Made by a program: the position numbers and the translations under genes. From contig OZ024742.1 of NCBI GenBank assembly GCA_964016885.1, positions 196,168,001 to 196,232,000 on the forward strand: a stretch of DNA of 64,000 nucleotides. Direction: 5' to 3'. Source of the DNA: Eledone cirrhosa. Taxonomy: Eukaryota. Positions 15,270 to 27,859 of this stretch are shown here, one piece after another; position 1 is the stretch's first letter, and each line of letters begins with the position of its first letter. The notes under the pieces were generated by a model, which was not told where the DNA came from, did not search any database, and saw only the letters and a program-made list of their open reading frames with translations.

Positions 15270-17040
15270 TACCAATTAACCTGTTTTGTGGATGAGCAGC
15301 TGAAAGCGTCCCTAATGTGAAAGATATGGTCATTAGGTCTGTTGAGGGTGGTGGTATGGGTGATGGTGCTGTATGTGTGGCAGCAGAGATGGAATCCAAG
15401 AGAGGAGTTGGAAGGAGGAAGGGAACTGCAGATGAGAAGATTCCTAATGCTGTGTGTGCATTTAAAAGAGAGAGAGGTGGAGGGATCTGACTGAAGGCAG
15501 CAGAGGATAGTCTTCTGGAGAGGCAAGGTGAAAGGGTGGTAGGTAAAGGGAAATGGTAGCTGGCTGGTGGGGGCTGGAGCAGTGGGCAGTGTAAGGGCAG
15601 AGGTGCAGGTGACTTCACAGGCATGAGTGAGAGCAGCTTGTAGCAGGGCACAGAGGTATCCTCATTGGGTGAACAATCTAGCCATGTAATGAGCCTGAGC
15701 CACAAAGCCATGGGTTCAACTGCACAGGTAGCGAAGATGAAGGAATTGGGAGTAGAGGTTGGACTGTTTGGTGTGGGTGGGATGGTCGAGGTGAAGTCAA
15801 GGTAGGTGTGGGAGTCGAAGGGTTTAAAGAGGGCTGATATTATGAGGGAGCGAATGGAGTGGTTGATAGAAATAGAGATATCCAGGAAGTGGTGAAGTCA
15901 AGGGTGGGGTGGAAGAAATGGAAAAAGGTGAGAAAGGATTCGAGCTGTACTTAGATGAGTGACATGGTGTTGATATAGTCATCAATATAACATCTGTCTA
16001 CCTCAGGAGTGGGGCCAGTATATTGAAAAAGGATTTGGGCCTCAACATAGTCAATGAGTAAGTTTGTGTAGCTGGAGCCCATTCTTGTGCCTATGTCCAC
16101 CCCTGTCATCTATTGGTGCATCTCACCCAAGAAAGAGAAACAGTTGAGTGAGGACCAGCTTAACCAGGTGGATAAGGGAGGCGGTGGAAGGTTGAGTCAA
16201 TGGACGAAGGGCCATGAGGCCATCGACATGAGGGATGACAATATAGAGGGACTTGATATCGATTGTAAAGAGATGTGGTGGGCCAGATTAGAAGATGGAA
16301 TCGTCAAAGAGGTGGAGGAGGTGGTCAATGTCAGAGATGTAGGATGGCAGAGTTGCTACTACTTCAAGGAAAGCCAAAACCAGTTCAGTTGGACAATTAC
16401 ACACTGAGATGATGGGGTAGTCTGGGGTGTTTAGTATATGGATTTGGCAGAAGAACTATATGGTGGAGGTGCAAGGTGTGCAGATGAAAAGGTTGATAGG
16501 AATGAAGATGTAAAGTGGAGGAAACTTGTTACTGGTAGAGATGAGTGGGGTCAGAAGGCAGGAGTTGGTAAGAGAGGGGGTTGGGAGCTGCTGTAGAGGT
16601 CGGTGCGCCATACAACCACAGCACCCTCTTACTCGGCCAGTTTGATGATGAGGTTATCATGCTGTCGGAAGGAGTAAAGGGCAGCAATTTCAGCCCGTGA
16701 GATGTTGCTCCATTAGAAGCATTTCCAAAAGTTGAACCAATTTATTACTCGATAGCAGGCATCAACAAATGTATCTAGGGCACTGAATTATCCAGGTGCC
16801 AGTGTCCAGTGCAATGATCACCAACCCAACTCATCACGGTGGCTAGAATTGTTCAGAGTCAAGTGGCAACTGAGAAATGGGAGTGTGTGTGTTGGGTGGG
16901 GGACACCGTGGAGGTGAGGAAGTATAAGAGTAGGTGGTTGAAGTGTAGGATGAAGAGAAGTATTGAATGTTTGAAGAAAGGTGACAGGTAGAACAGGTCA
17001 CGGTCAATGGTGCGAATCTGGGACATGATAGAATGTAGGA
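15270..17040 (-). mobile_element. Degenerate Penelope-like retroelement (Neptune-like RT and linker, truncated before the GIY-YIG domain)
   Basis: Minus-strand motifs GAVVVWRTDLY (~16600), GTRMGSSYTNLLIDYVE...YIDD (16095-15975), KPFDSHTYLDF (~15820) and FHIRDAFSCSS linker. Many frameshifts. Confidence 0.8.
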
Positions 17041-17339
17041 TGGCATGCATGAGATACATGTCTGTATAAATTATATATATTCATTGGATAATTATTGTCA
17101 AAGTTATATATATTGGGTATCATTATCAAAGATATATAGTGAGGCATAGTAGGGGTCACTGCCTAAGATTGAAGGCTGACCATCATTTGGCACCTGAAAA
17201 GCTTTTAACCAGGGCCTAAGTCTGGGCAAACTTTTTTTATGGAAGACCAGAAGTCACCTATGTATGCCAGTTTCTCTTCTCCACTTCACCAACATTGTCC
17301 AAAGATTAATTCAGCTTGTCACCAGTATCGTCACAACTC

Positions 17340-17830
17340 ATTTTTTGCATCTGAGTTGACTGGGTTTCTCCGAAAGGTCTTTGGAGTAACATTACTCGAT
17401 AGAGTGCCTAGCTCGGAAATCAGAGAGTCACTTCAGATAGAGTTGCTACTTCTTAAAATTCAGAAATCACAGCTCCAATACTATGGGCATGTGGTTAGAA
17501 TGTCTCAGGAAAGTATTGCTGGACAGATTTTACGGAAAAAAACAACCAGCAGCAGACCCAGGGTTTAACGTTACTTGATATTATGGGCATGTGGTTAGAA
17601 TGTCTCAGGCAAGAATCGCTGGACAGATTTTATGAGCAAAACGAACCACCTGGAGACCCAGGGGTAGACGCTGAGCAAGATGGTTGGATAACATCCATGA
17701 GCTTGGCTGGTGTCGCTTGAGGATCCAGCTGGATCAGTTGGAGATGGTTGCTTCTGACAGGACCCGCTGGAAGGCGTGATTGAGGACCCTGCCCCCATGA
17801 CCCTCTCAGAAATAAGTGGATGAAGAAATG
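17340..17830 (+). mobile_element. 3' fragment of an RTE-type LINE with a short internal duplication
   Basis: Peptide FLRKVFGVTLLDRVPSSEIRESL...QLQYYGHVVRM. tatgggcatgtggttagaatgtctcagg is repeated at ~17483 and ~17582. Confidence 0.75.
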
Positions 17831-17954
17831 TGATAAAAAATGTCTTACTCAGGAATTGAACCCATGACTATACAATTGTGAACCCAACATCTTAACCACC
17901 AAGCCACATGCCAACACTAGTAATTGATTATATTTATTATCATGTACCTCCCCT

Positions 17955-18335
17955 ACCCCAGTCCACACTGTAAAGTGGTTGTGTAGGTGTCACAACAAAA
18001 AGCGCCCCCGTCCACACTGTAATGTGGTCATGTAGTTGTCTTGATAAAAAGTACCCAGCCCACACTGTAAAGTGGTCGTGTACGTGTCCTCACAAAATTC
18101 GCCCTGTCCACACTGTAAAGTGATCATGTAGATGTCATGACAAAAAGCACTCAGTCCACACGTGTAAATATGGTTGGCATTAGGAAGGACATCCAGCTGC
18201 AGAAACCAAGCCAGAACAGTTCTTTATAAGCAAGACACTGTCATCTGATCTGGCTTGTCTCGCAGCAAGGCAACTTGTCTAACCCATGCTAGTGTGGAAA
18301 AATGGATGTTAAACAATGATGATGATGATGATGAT
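17955..18335 (+). mobile_element. RTE/SINE tail with 4-5 tandem ~50-bp units
   Basis: ccacactgtaaagtggtcgtgta-gtgtc-acaaaaa repeated, then ggaaggacatccagctg...(gat)n. Confidence 0.65.
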
Positions 18336-18509
18336 CAGTGTGTCAGCCTGACATCAGTGCCAACTTGCAGGTTTTAATTTTAAAAAAAGAATAGTAATAA
18401 CCTTTATACCTGGCTGTTCTTTAAAAAAAATATTATTAGTAAGATTTCAGTCATCCTTCTTGGGAATTATTTTTACTAAAATTCTTAGAATCATTATTTC
18501 AGTCATTCT

Positions 18510-18699
18510 AGGCGGTGGATTGGCAGTATCGGTAGAGGGTCGGACGCCATGCTTTCCAGCATAGTTATGTCCCTTTGCGATCTGAGTTCAAATCCCGCCG
18601 AGGTTGACTTTGCCTTTCATCCTTACGGGGTCGATAAAATAAAGTACCAGTAATGCACTGGGTAATTGCTGGCCTTGTGCCTAAAGTAGAAACAATTAT
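18510..18699 (+). mobile_element. SINE family B copy
   Basis: Matches the family B consensus. Confidence 0.85.
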
Positions 18700-19141
18700 T
18701 TCCGTCATTCTATTTTGTACCTAATTGTTGCTTATAACATATTTTGCATGACCTAAACTATAAAACTTTCTGCATGACTAACTGAACCTATACTGTGTAT
18801 CATGATAACCATACTTTATTTTATTTATTTTGCTCTCTCTCTCCTGTAATTATATAATGAGAATATATATATATATATTCTTATTATATATATATATATA
18901 CCCATGCTAGCGTGGGAGATAGACGTTAAACGAAGATGATGATGATAAGTATAAAGAAAGTGCAGAAGCGCAGAAATGCTATAAAGATACCTTATAACAT
19001 AGTGGGGGAAAAACCCTTTAAAGATGGAAAAAGAATTTGCCAACGACCTCATTCATCTTCGTCTTTGAAGAGTGTTTACCCTATTTTATAAGCTATCTTT
19101 ATAGCATGTCTGCACTTTCTTTATACTTATATTTATATATA

Positions 19142-19982
19142 TCATCATCATCATCATCGTTTAACGTCCATGTTCCACGCTTGCATGGGTTTGGACGGGA
19201 GTTTTCCCACTTGAGGCAAGAGTGGTTGTCTTGCTCGCATAGGACTGTCTGGCGGGTTTTCTACAGTTGGATGCCCTTCCTAACACCAACCACATTTACA
19301 GTGTGGGGCTGGGAGGTTTTTACCGTGTTGCCTACACGGCCACATTACAGCGTGGACTGTGTGTTTTTTTTTGTCGTGACACCTACACGATCTCATTTGT
19401 TTCGGCCTGGATTTTGTGGCACCAACATAACTTTACATTGAAAGGGGCGGTGTGGATGGGGTGGGGGGTATTTTGTTAGAGAAGCCTACTGACTGTAGTA
19501 GGTTTTACTTTGTATTTAGGTAAGGCGGGTCTTCTCTATTACTGAGTACCGCCAAAGGTCTCGGTCCAGTGACATTGTCTTGGAGAGGTGTAAGTGTGTG
19601 AGGTCGGAATTTATCAGCTCGTCCCAGGTTTTTCTGGGTCTGCCTACTCCATGGCTACCGTCTATCTTTATTGCCCTGCACTTTGCTATACAGCTGTCGT
19701 CTTTCATGCGCATCACGTGACCATACCAACGTAGCCTTCTCTCGAGTAAACAACATCTGATCCCTCTTATTTCTAATTTTTTCCTTAGTTCGTTTATGCT
19801 TTGCCGTTCGCGTATATTACTATTACACATCCAGCGGAGCATGCAAGCTTCGTTCCTCTCTAGTCTGCGTATATCCTCTGCACACAATGCCCAGGTCTCA
19901 CTGCCATGCAACATTGCTGTTCGTATGCAGGCATCATACAACCTGCCTTTCATTTTTAGGGAGAACCCTTTAGCGGCTAATA
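19142..19982 (-). mobile_element. 5'-truncated RTE LINE (ORF end, 3' UTR and (GAT)n tail)
   Basis: ORF MKGRLYDACIRTAMLHGSETW...RLRWYGHVMRM...GRPRKTW. Nearly identical to 45018-45850. Flanked by (TA)n. Confidence 0.92.
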
Positions 19983-20014
19983 TATTTATATATATATATA
20001 TTTATATATATATA

Positions 20015-20063
<49 letters not shown>

Positions 20064-20080
20064 ATATATATATATTTATA

Positions 20081-23000
20081 AATCAGGAAAGAAGGTTGAC
20101 ATGGTTTGCTATACAAAAAAAGTTTTTAATCTCACAGCTGACAATTGTTTCTCTGAACTGGTAGGTCTAGAGATCGCTATTCGCTTATTTTCACGTTACT
20201 CGATCGCCAATACAAAATTATAACCAGTCAGTTCTTCGGAGCATGCGAGAATGAAGAGAATACACAGGCAAGAAAAGAATATACAGGCTACTATATGAAG
20301 TAGTAATGGCATTCAGTTAGAACAATAACAACAATTACAACAATGCTATTAATAAATTATTTGAGGAGACCCTGACATTACTTAGGTGGGGGGTATAGTG
20401 TATCTAAGATTTCGGCGTGTAAAACTAGCTGTCATGAGGCAAAAGTAAAAGTTTGGCATGTACAGAGTATCGAAGTGTGTATCAATTTTAAATTATAAAG
20501 ATAAGCCAGTGTTTACAGTCTTTCTTTTCATCTTCAATAACATACATGAGTGGGACAACACTGTCAAAGCTAAATAGTTGTTGAGTTAATACAGAGGTTA
20601 AGGAGGTAATATACGCACACGCACGCACGCACGCACGCACTCACTCACTCACTCACTCACTCACTCACTCACTCACTCACTCACCCACTCACTCACTCAC
20701 TCACTCACTCACTCACTCACTCACTCACTCACTCACTCACAGTGATTTGAGAAAAACTAGGATTTAGGATCAAATGCTGGCAGCAGCTGAGAAGGAATAA
20801 GTTTGTGGGTTGATGAGGTACTTACAGACATTTGTGTGGTATAGACCTGTGAATGATATAGTATACTTAATGAATATATTTCTGTGGGTAGTAGGTATCC
20901 TAATTTAAAGCTATGTTGTGTTGGTTCGATTCACGGAGGTTTGAATCTTATGAATTTAATGGCAATTCTATGTCTGCAGAAGATAGATCTTTCTAACTTA
21001 TTGTTAAGTAGCCTTTTTACATTTTTGAGGATATACAATAGCTCAAGATCACATAGCCAGCAGTGGGACATACCTGTACTATAGGTTTTAGCAGCCGACA
21101 ACTTTGACCAGTTAATACTGTAGTTAGTGCTGCTGTCCTTCAGTTCCCATATTTTTTTGGCGAGGGTTGTGGAACCCATAAGTGCACGGTTTTTCATTGA
21201 GTGCCTGTGCACATACCATCTTTTTTTAAAAGAACCCGCAGTGGATCCTATGTAATTCCAGGTGGAGTTACGAGGTGACCGTGCACATGTACACTAGGCT
21301 CGAATCGAGACATCTGTTCGCCAATGGGCACCTATCTGGTAGGTGACAGTTACAGTTTGAGGCGCTATTTTGTGCAGCTTTTACATTCCTGTTTAGTACT
21401 CTGTTATAAGTGGGTTGTGATATATGCCCAATGGGGTTTTGCTGCTGCGCGTTTGTATGCGCTTGTGGTTGTGATGTTGTGATGTGTTTGTGCTTATAAT
21501 TTGGTGCTACGTTATGTATAGGTGCAGTTGATTTACTAGAGATATTTCTGTGGTTGATCTTGCGTATGTGTGATTCTATGTTTGCTGCTGTTGAGTATGA
21601 GAGTTTTATAGTAGATCTATTGAGTATTTTGTGATATCTATGCGAGATAGGGAAGTGTTTATCTATTAGTTTAAAGAATGTAGAGGGCAGTCTAGTTTTT
21701 ATAGAGGAGTTGAATATTGGGTTGAACCATAGGTATTTTCTTTGTCTGTTTCTTCTATTGTTTCTTGGGTTTACGTTATTAGTGTTTTGGCCGTTTACTC
21801 CAGGTGTTACGTGTCTAACCCTATGTCTAGTCAAGTTATTTCTATTATTATGTGAGCGGTTGGAGTAGTAATTACTAGGATTGTTTACGTTGTCTTTATT
21901 CACTATATACTGCAATTTATCTTTATGACCGGCCCTACGTAATGCTGCATTATAATAGTCAGAATGCTCATTAAAGATTTCTAGGTTTGAGGATAAGCGG
22001 GATATTCGGAGGGATATACTATGTGCTATGGATCTAATTATGGATTTGGGGTGGTTTGAGTTGTAACTAATGTAGGCAAGATTTTCATTATTTTTGTGGA
22101 AAGGTTCTATTAATCCAGTATTTAGATTTAGAGTCACATCTAGAAAATTTACCTTCTTATGGTTCAGTTCGTAGGTAATACTTAGGCCTAGTTTTTTGAA
22201 GAATATTCTGATAATTTTTCTTAGTCTTTCCATGCTCTGGTTGTTTAGGTTCCTAGTATAAGTAACGTGTCGTCCCTATAAATTCCTTATGTAGGTTGTG
22301 TGCTATGAATAGCCCCACGATATCTGTGATTTGCACAGAATCATTTGATCCCATTGTTATATCGAAGCTATTTATTCTATCCTTTCTTACCCAGTAGCTA
22401 TTTTCAAATTTTATGATAGTCCTTCTAGCCGCTATTATTATTTCAATTTCATCATGGGTAAGATCAGAGTTATTTTGGGCAAATATAAGCGCCTTATCTA
22501 GGGTAGCTGGGGATATGGATGCATAGTAGTCGTCTATATCAAATTGTATGAAGTTACACGTCTCCCTATTTTGTATTTTATTGAATCATTTAATTGCCTC
22601 GTTAGTGTTGCCCCATAAATTGATTTCTAGTTTACCCTTTATTTGTGCGATTACCCTATCTAGAATGTTCTTGCTAATTTTACCTATGTCTGACTTGGAT
22701 GGGCATATTAATCTAATGGTGGGGTTAGTTTCAAAGTTATTTTTGTGATCCTTCAGGTTAAATGTTGGGTTGCACGGGGTTAGCGGTTCGGTCCTATCTG
22801 GAATTCCGAGTTTATTAACTATCTTGAGGCCCTCCACGTTAATGCTGGTGAGTGTAGATTCATTTGTTTTTTTATATTTTTTATGTAGTTCACGCTGGAT
22901 AAAGCTATTGTATGTGTTAATGTCCATAGAGTATACGTTTGATGTTTTGTCTGCTTTTAATGTGACACCGTTAGTGTCTTTTAGTTTTTTTAGTAGTGTA

Positions 23001-23960
23001 TTTAAGTCATTTTGCAATTTGTTGTGATTTGTTCCTTTTTTAAATTTAGTTTCACTTATCATGTTCATAAGGTCCAGCTCGAAGGCATCGAGTGTGGGGT
23101 TGTTTGGCGGGTTTTTGCAGGATTTAAACCCGTAATTCTCCTTAGAAAATTCCTTTGCGTTGGTATTCGGTCCCTTATCGAAATGGTAAGCTTTCCATCG
23201 GACCCTGCGGATGAAATCATTAGTCCGTCGTATCATGCCCAGTGTATAGTCCTTTTTTGTAGGTATAGGTATGTTTTTCAGTGACATACCTATACGGTGC
23301 TTCTCCATGTTGTTGCCGTGCGTTAATGGTGTTGCTCGACCAGGTGGGAGCTAAATATACGGGGTAACAAATAATAGTTAAATGCAGTCCACTTAGGTAT
23401 AGTCCAGTTATGGTATTCCAGGCAGTGGATGATATCAACGCTTGGCTTCGTTTGACTCAGCAAGGCGTTTTCATAGTGATGCTGCGGGTATGCTGTAATT
23501 CCTATGTTGTAAACACTTGGAGTAATAATAAATCAGGAAAGTTCAGAGAAACAATTGTCAGCTATCTTAGCCTTTGTCAAGGCAGAATTCTAGGAGAAGG
23601 AAAACTCTGATATAACACCTGCAACCCTGATGGTATCCAATGATGTTGACTTGTTCTTCTTTTTGGTAAATATCATCTTGGTTAAGAGAGTGGGACTGGC
23701 TTTGTGCAGTGCCTTTGCTCACTATAAAAGCTTCATGGCACAGGCATTGCTTTGTATCTGGAGATCTCTCTGCACTTGTCGTCACATGGTACCAAAGGTA
23801 AAGCACTATGTGTCAATAATTGTCACAAGTGTAGTGTTTGTACCAGAGTTTTCAAGTGGCTGGCTGGACTAAAAAGTCACACTCGTTCAGCGCATCGGTA
23901 GGGGTTCTCCTACATGGATATAAAGTAGTGGCCGTACTCGAAAACGAGTTGGCAGCCACC
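20081..23960 (-). mobile_element. Near full-length Penelope-like retroelement (Naiad-like), RT plus C-terminal GIY-YIG, inserted in (TA)n
   Basis: One long reading frame 23308 to ~20931, broken by a TGG>TGA stop (22586) and frameshifts (~22270, ~21270). Motifs: SLKNIP, KADKT, RLICPSKS, FDIDDYY, MGS, YRDD, NFLDVTL, SNHP, WFNP, CNCx5CPL, LVY..YIG, CWLC, CRH. Confidence 0.92.
20615..20740. repeat. (GCAC)n/(CTCA)n microsatellite within the Penelope 3' UTR
   Basis: Directly visible. Confidence 0.9.
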
Positions 23961-24071
23961 ATATATATATATATGTATATATATATGTATATATATATAT
24001 GTATATGTATATATGTGTATGTATATATGTGTATATATATATGTATATATATATATGTATATATATATATG

Positions 24072-24118
<47 letters not shown>

Positions 24119-24743
24119 GTATATATATATATGTGTATATATATATATGTGTATATATATATGTATATATATATGTATATGTATATGTATATGTATATAT
24201 ATATATGTGTATATATATATGTGTATATATATATATGTATATATATATGTATATATATATGTGTATATATATATATGTATATATATATGTGTATATATAT
24301 ATGTGTATATATATATATGTATATATATATATGTATATATATATGTGTATATATATATATGTATATATATATATGTGTATATATATATATGTATATATAT
24401 ATATGTATATATATATATGTGTATATATATATGTGTATATATATATGTGTATATATATATATGTGTATATATATATGTGTATATATATATGTATATATAT
24501 ATATGTATATATATATGTATATATATATATGTATATATATATATATGTGTATATATATATATGTATATATATATATGTATATATATATATGTATATATAT
24601 ATATGTATATATATATGTATGTATATATATATATGTATATATATATATATGTATATATATATGTATGTATATATATATGTATGTATATATATATGTATGT
24701 ATATATATATGTATGTATATATATATGTATGTATATATATATG
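23961..24743. repeat. (TA)n/(TATATG)n microsatellite running into the gap
   Basis: Directly visible. Source of the spurious YI-repeat ORFs. Confidence 0.97.
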
Positions 24744-24943
24744 NNNNNNNNNNNNNNNNNNNNNNNNNNNNNNNNNNNNNNNNNNNNNNNNNNNNNNNNN
24801 NNNNNNNNNNNNNNNNNNNNNNNNNNNNNNNNNNNNNNNNNNNNNNNNNNNNNNNNNNNNNNNNNNNNNNNNNNNNNNNNNNNNNNNNNNNNNNNNNNNN
24901 NNNNNNNNNNNNNNNNNNNNNNNNNNNNNNNNNNNNNNNNNNN
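24744..24943. other. 200-N scaffold gap
   Basis: Exactly 200 N, which suggests a fixed-size join rather than a measured gap. Confidence 0.98.
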
Positions 24944-25058
24944 AACCCCCCAGATATAACAAACCTGTCCAACCCACACAGCATGGATAAGTCAACATAT
25001 GATGATGATAACAATGATGATGATGATTACCTCACACAAATACACACACACACACATA

Positions 25059-25940
25059 CAGGGTGAGGACGATATTTGTTTGCAATTTTCAACTGCTAAT
25101 TTTATGCAAATCTTTTTTATTTCCGTTGTCACTCTTGTCTTCATAAAAACAGTGACTATATTTCCATTATTTATTTTCAGAATAATTGATTATGAATAAT
25201 TTTGAACCTCCAAATTTGTGGAAGAGACATGGAGTTCTTCTTGGAATCCACGCCGGGAGGACAAATAAGGAAATTTCAGACTTTCTCAGCGTCAGCAGGA
25301 GGATGGTGTCTCATCCAAAGACGTGCCCAGAGTCGTGCAGACAAAGTTTCCAGCGATAACATTGGTCTTAGGTGTCGTCAGCAGTCAAGGTGATATCATG
25401 CCACCTCACTTCTTCCCTGAGGACCTCAAGCTGAACACCGATGGCTACATCCGTGTTCTGAACGAGGTAGTAAAGCCCTGGATCGACCAGGTAGCTGCAG
25501 GTAGGCCGTACGTGTGGCAGCAAGACTCAGCGCCCTGCCATACCAGCCGAAAGACCCAAGCCTGGCTGTCAGAGAACTTCGTCGACCACACATCACCTGA
25601 CATCTGGCCCCCCAGCTCACCTGACTGCAACCCCCTCAACGTCTTTGTGTGGGGCACAATGGAACGAGACACCAACAGATCTAGCTGCAATACGAAAGAC
25701 GATCTGAAGGCCAGGATCACAAGTGCCTAAGTCGGGGGACAGTGACGAAGGCCTGTAGCCGGTTCCGAGGCCGCCTTGAGGCCGTCATCAAAGCCAATGG
25801 CGGGTTTATCGAGTGAGATCGAAAGAACAAGCCATGAAGACAAACTGACCCAAGTTTGATCAATAACTCTTAAAAAATAAAACTACTGTGTTATTTTTTC
25901 CTAGACAGTAATCTTGCGAACAAATATCGTCCGCACCCTG
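25059..25940 (+). mobile_element. Internally deleted Tc1/mariner transposon, DD37D (maT) family
   Basis: TA|cagggtgaggacgatatttgtttgcaa ... ttgcgaacaaatatcgtccgcaccctg|TA terminal inverted repeats. Transposase QQDSAPCH...WPPSSPDCNPL(N) has 37 residues between the second D and the third catalytic position, which is mutated D>N. Confidence 0.92.
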
Positions 25941-27155
25941 TATATACTTACATATTCAAACAGAACACAGATACATTCTTACCAAATACACACACACATT
26001 CACTCCAAACACACACTCACACAAATACACACGCGTATACTTACACAACACACACTATTCAAACAACACAACCACATTCACACCCAAACACACACACACA
26101 AATGGAATGGACCTCCATCAGTTTTGACAATGAGTCCTCCAGTTGTTCAATCAAGGAAGGAGCTGGTCAGAAAATTAACAAGTAAGTGGCTAAGCATTCC
26201 AGACATGTGTAACCATAACAAAATTCTCAAGGAGATTCAGTATGACACAGTGTGTGACAAACTGACCTTTGAATTACAGGAACAGTCCACCTAAAGGTCT
26301 TCCAAACAGTTTCTCTCTATCCAATTCCACTCCTAGGAGGCTATTATAAATAACACTTGCCCAAGATGCTGTGCATAAGGATTGAACCCAGGACTTAGTG
26401 ATTGTGAAGCAAACTCCATAACCATTTGACCATGTGTCACAGAAAACACACACACACACTCATCTTCACATAAAACAAACACACACACACACACACAATG
26501 TTCACAGAAAACACACACATCTTCACATAAAACACACACACACACATTAAGGCTAAATAGCGAGTATTGTTACTCTGGTGTTTATCACTGGGTAATCAGG
26601 TGAAACTTCAGAGTTACAAGACTCGCTATTTAGCCTTACTCTGACCCTCAGATTACCCTTGGACTACACCGGGATTTACCTACATACTCTGACTTATGGA
26701 TCTTTTGTACTGCTTTATATAAATATATATATAGAGAGTAAAATGGTATATATATATATATATATATGACTAGACCACCTGTGACCCATTGGGTCACGTT
26801 CACTTAAATGTATTCGAGTCTTTGAAGTCACTTGTTATAATTTCATTCAACACCACCACCAGCTCTCTCTGTCTTCCATTTTCCTTCTCTGTCTCCTCTC
26901 TCTTTCAATCTACTCTTTCACAACCTCTATATTTTTGTCTCTTTCTATTGATGAAGGTACCCAGAAAAACCTTGTATCTCAGGAACCCGTGCTCCGATTT
27001 ATGTGCAACTTCCTTTTAAAGTATTTTCCCCATTATGTGCCGTTTTGGCTGTATCAAATTACAGACAAGCACACAATTACAGAGTTTTAGTAGTATATAG
27101 ATAGCATGGAACATGGCCATTAAACAATGATATATATATATATATATATATATAT

Positions 27156-27229
<74 letters not shown>

Positions 27230-27488
27230 ACGTCAGCTTTTCCCTGCTTGCAAGGGTGGGACATATATATATATATATAGACATACATACTCATTATGTG
27301 CTCCTTTTTAAGGTAATGTTTTACAGTCAGATGTCCTCTCTGGTGCCAATCCTTTTAGTTATATCTGATGACATATAGAGATACAGTGTATCTATTCTAT
27401 ACCAGCTACACAGGGGAACAGATTAACTATATATGAAAATTTATTAATTTAAAAACAAGAAAATGTAGTATTATTTGATTATACTTAC

Positions 27489-27592
27489 TCAGCACAAGGC
27501 TCAAATAGTTCTTTATTAGAATTATTTTCAGTAATAGCTTCTTGGATTGCTTGTATTTGAGTGCCATTGGCCTGAGTTAGGCAGGCTGCAGA
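27489..27592 (-). CDS. GRK5: Internal RH-domain exon of GRK4/5/6-type kinase (equivalent to GRK5 exon 5)
   Basis: Minus strand tttttttcag|TCT...GA|gtaagt, 104 nt, phase 0/2. Translates SAACLTQANGTQIQAIQEAITENNSNKELFEPCA, compare GRK5 SPVFIAQV...PCKELFSACAQ. Joins the 52.6-kb exon in frame. Confidence 0.8.
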
Positions 27593-27859
27593 CTGAAAAA
27601 AAGAGCAATGAACTTTTATGTTTACAATACAAATCAAAAGAATTAAAACCAAAAGAGAAAATTATAAACGCCATAAAAAACAACAACAAATTACAATAAA
27701 AGTCTTGCAGAAAGAAAAGAGGATGTTATAGAGAAAGAAAAATACATGTTTGGTTGTTTGTCCTCCATCTTAAAAAAACTATACTTATTTCAGCTATCAA
27801 TCATAATCAATTAAGACTTGGTAGAATGCAATATGTTTTTGCTAAGGGTTTTATGTGCC

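Noticed and set aside
23838-25066. Six overlapping YI/YM-repeat ORFs
   Set aside because: TA microsatellite plus N gap.
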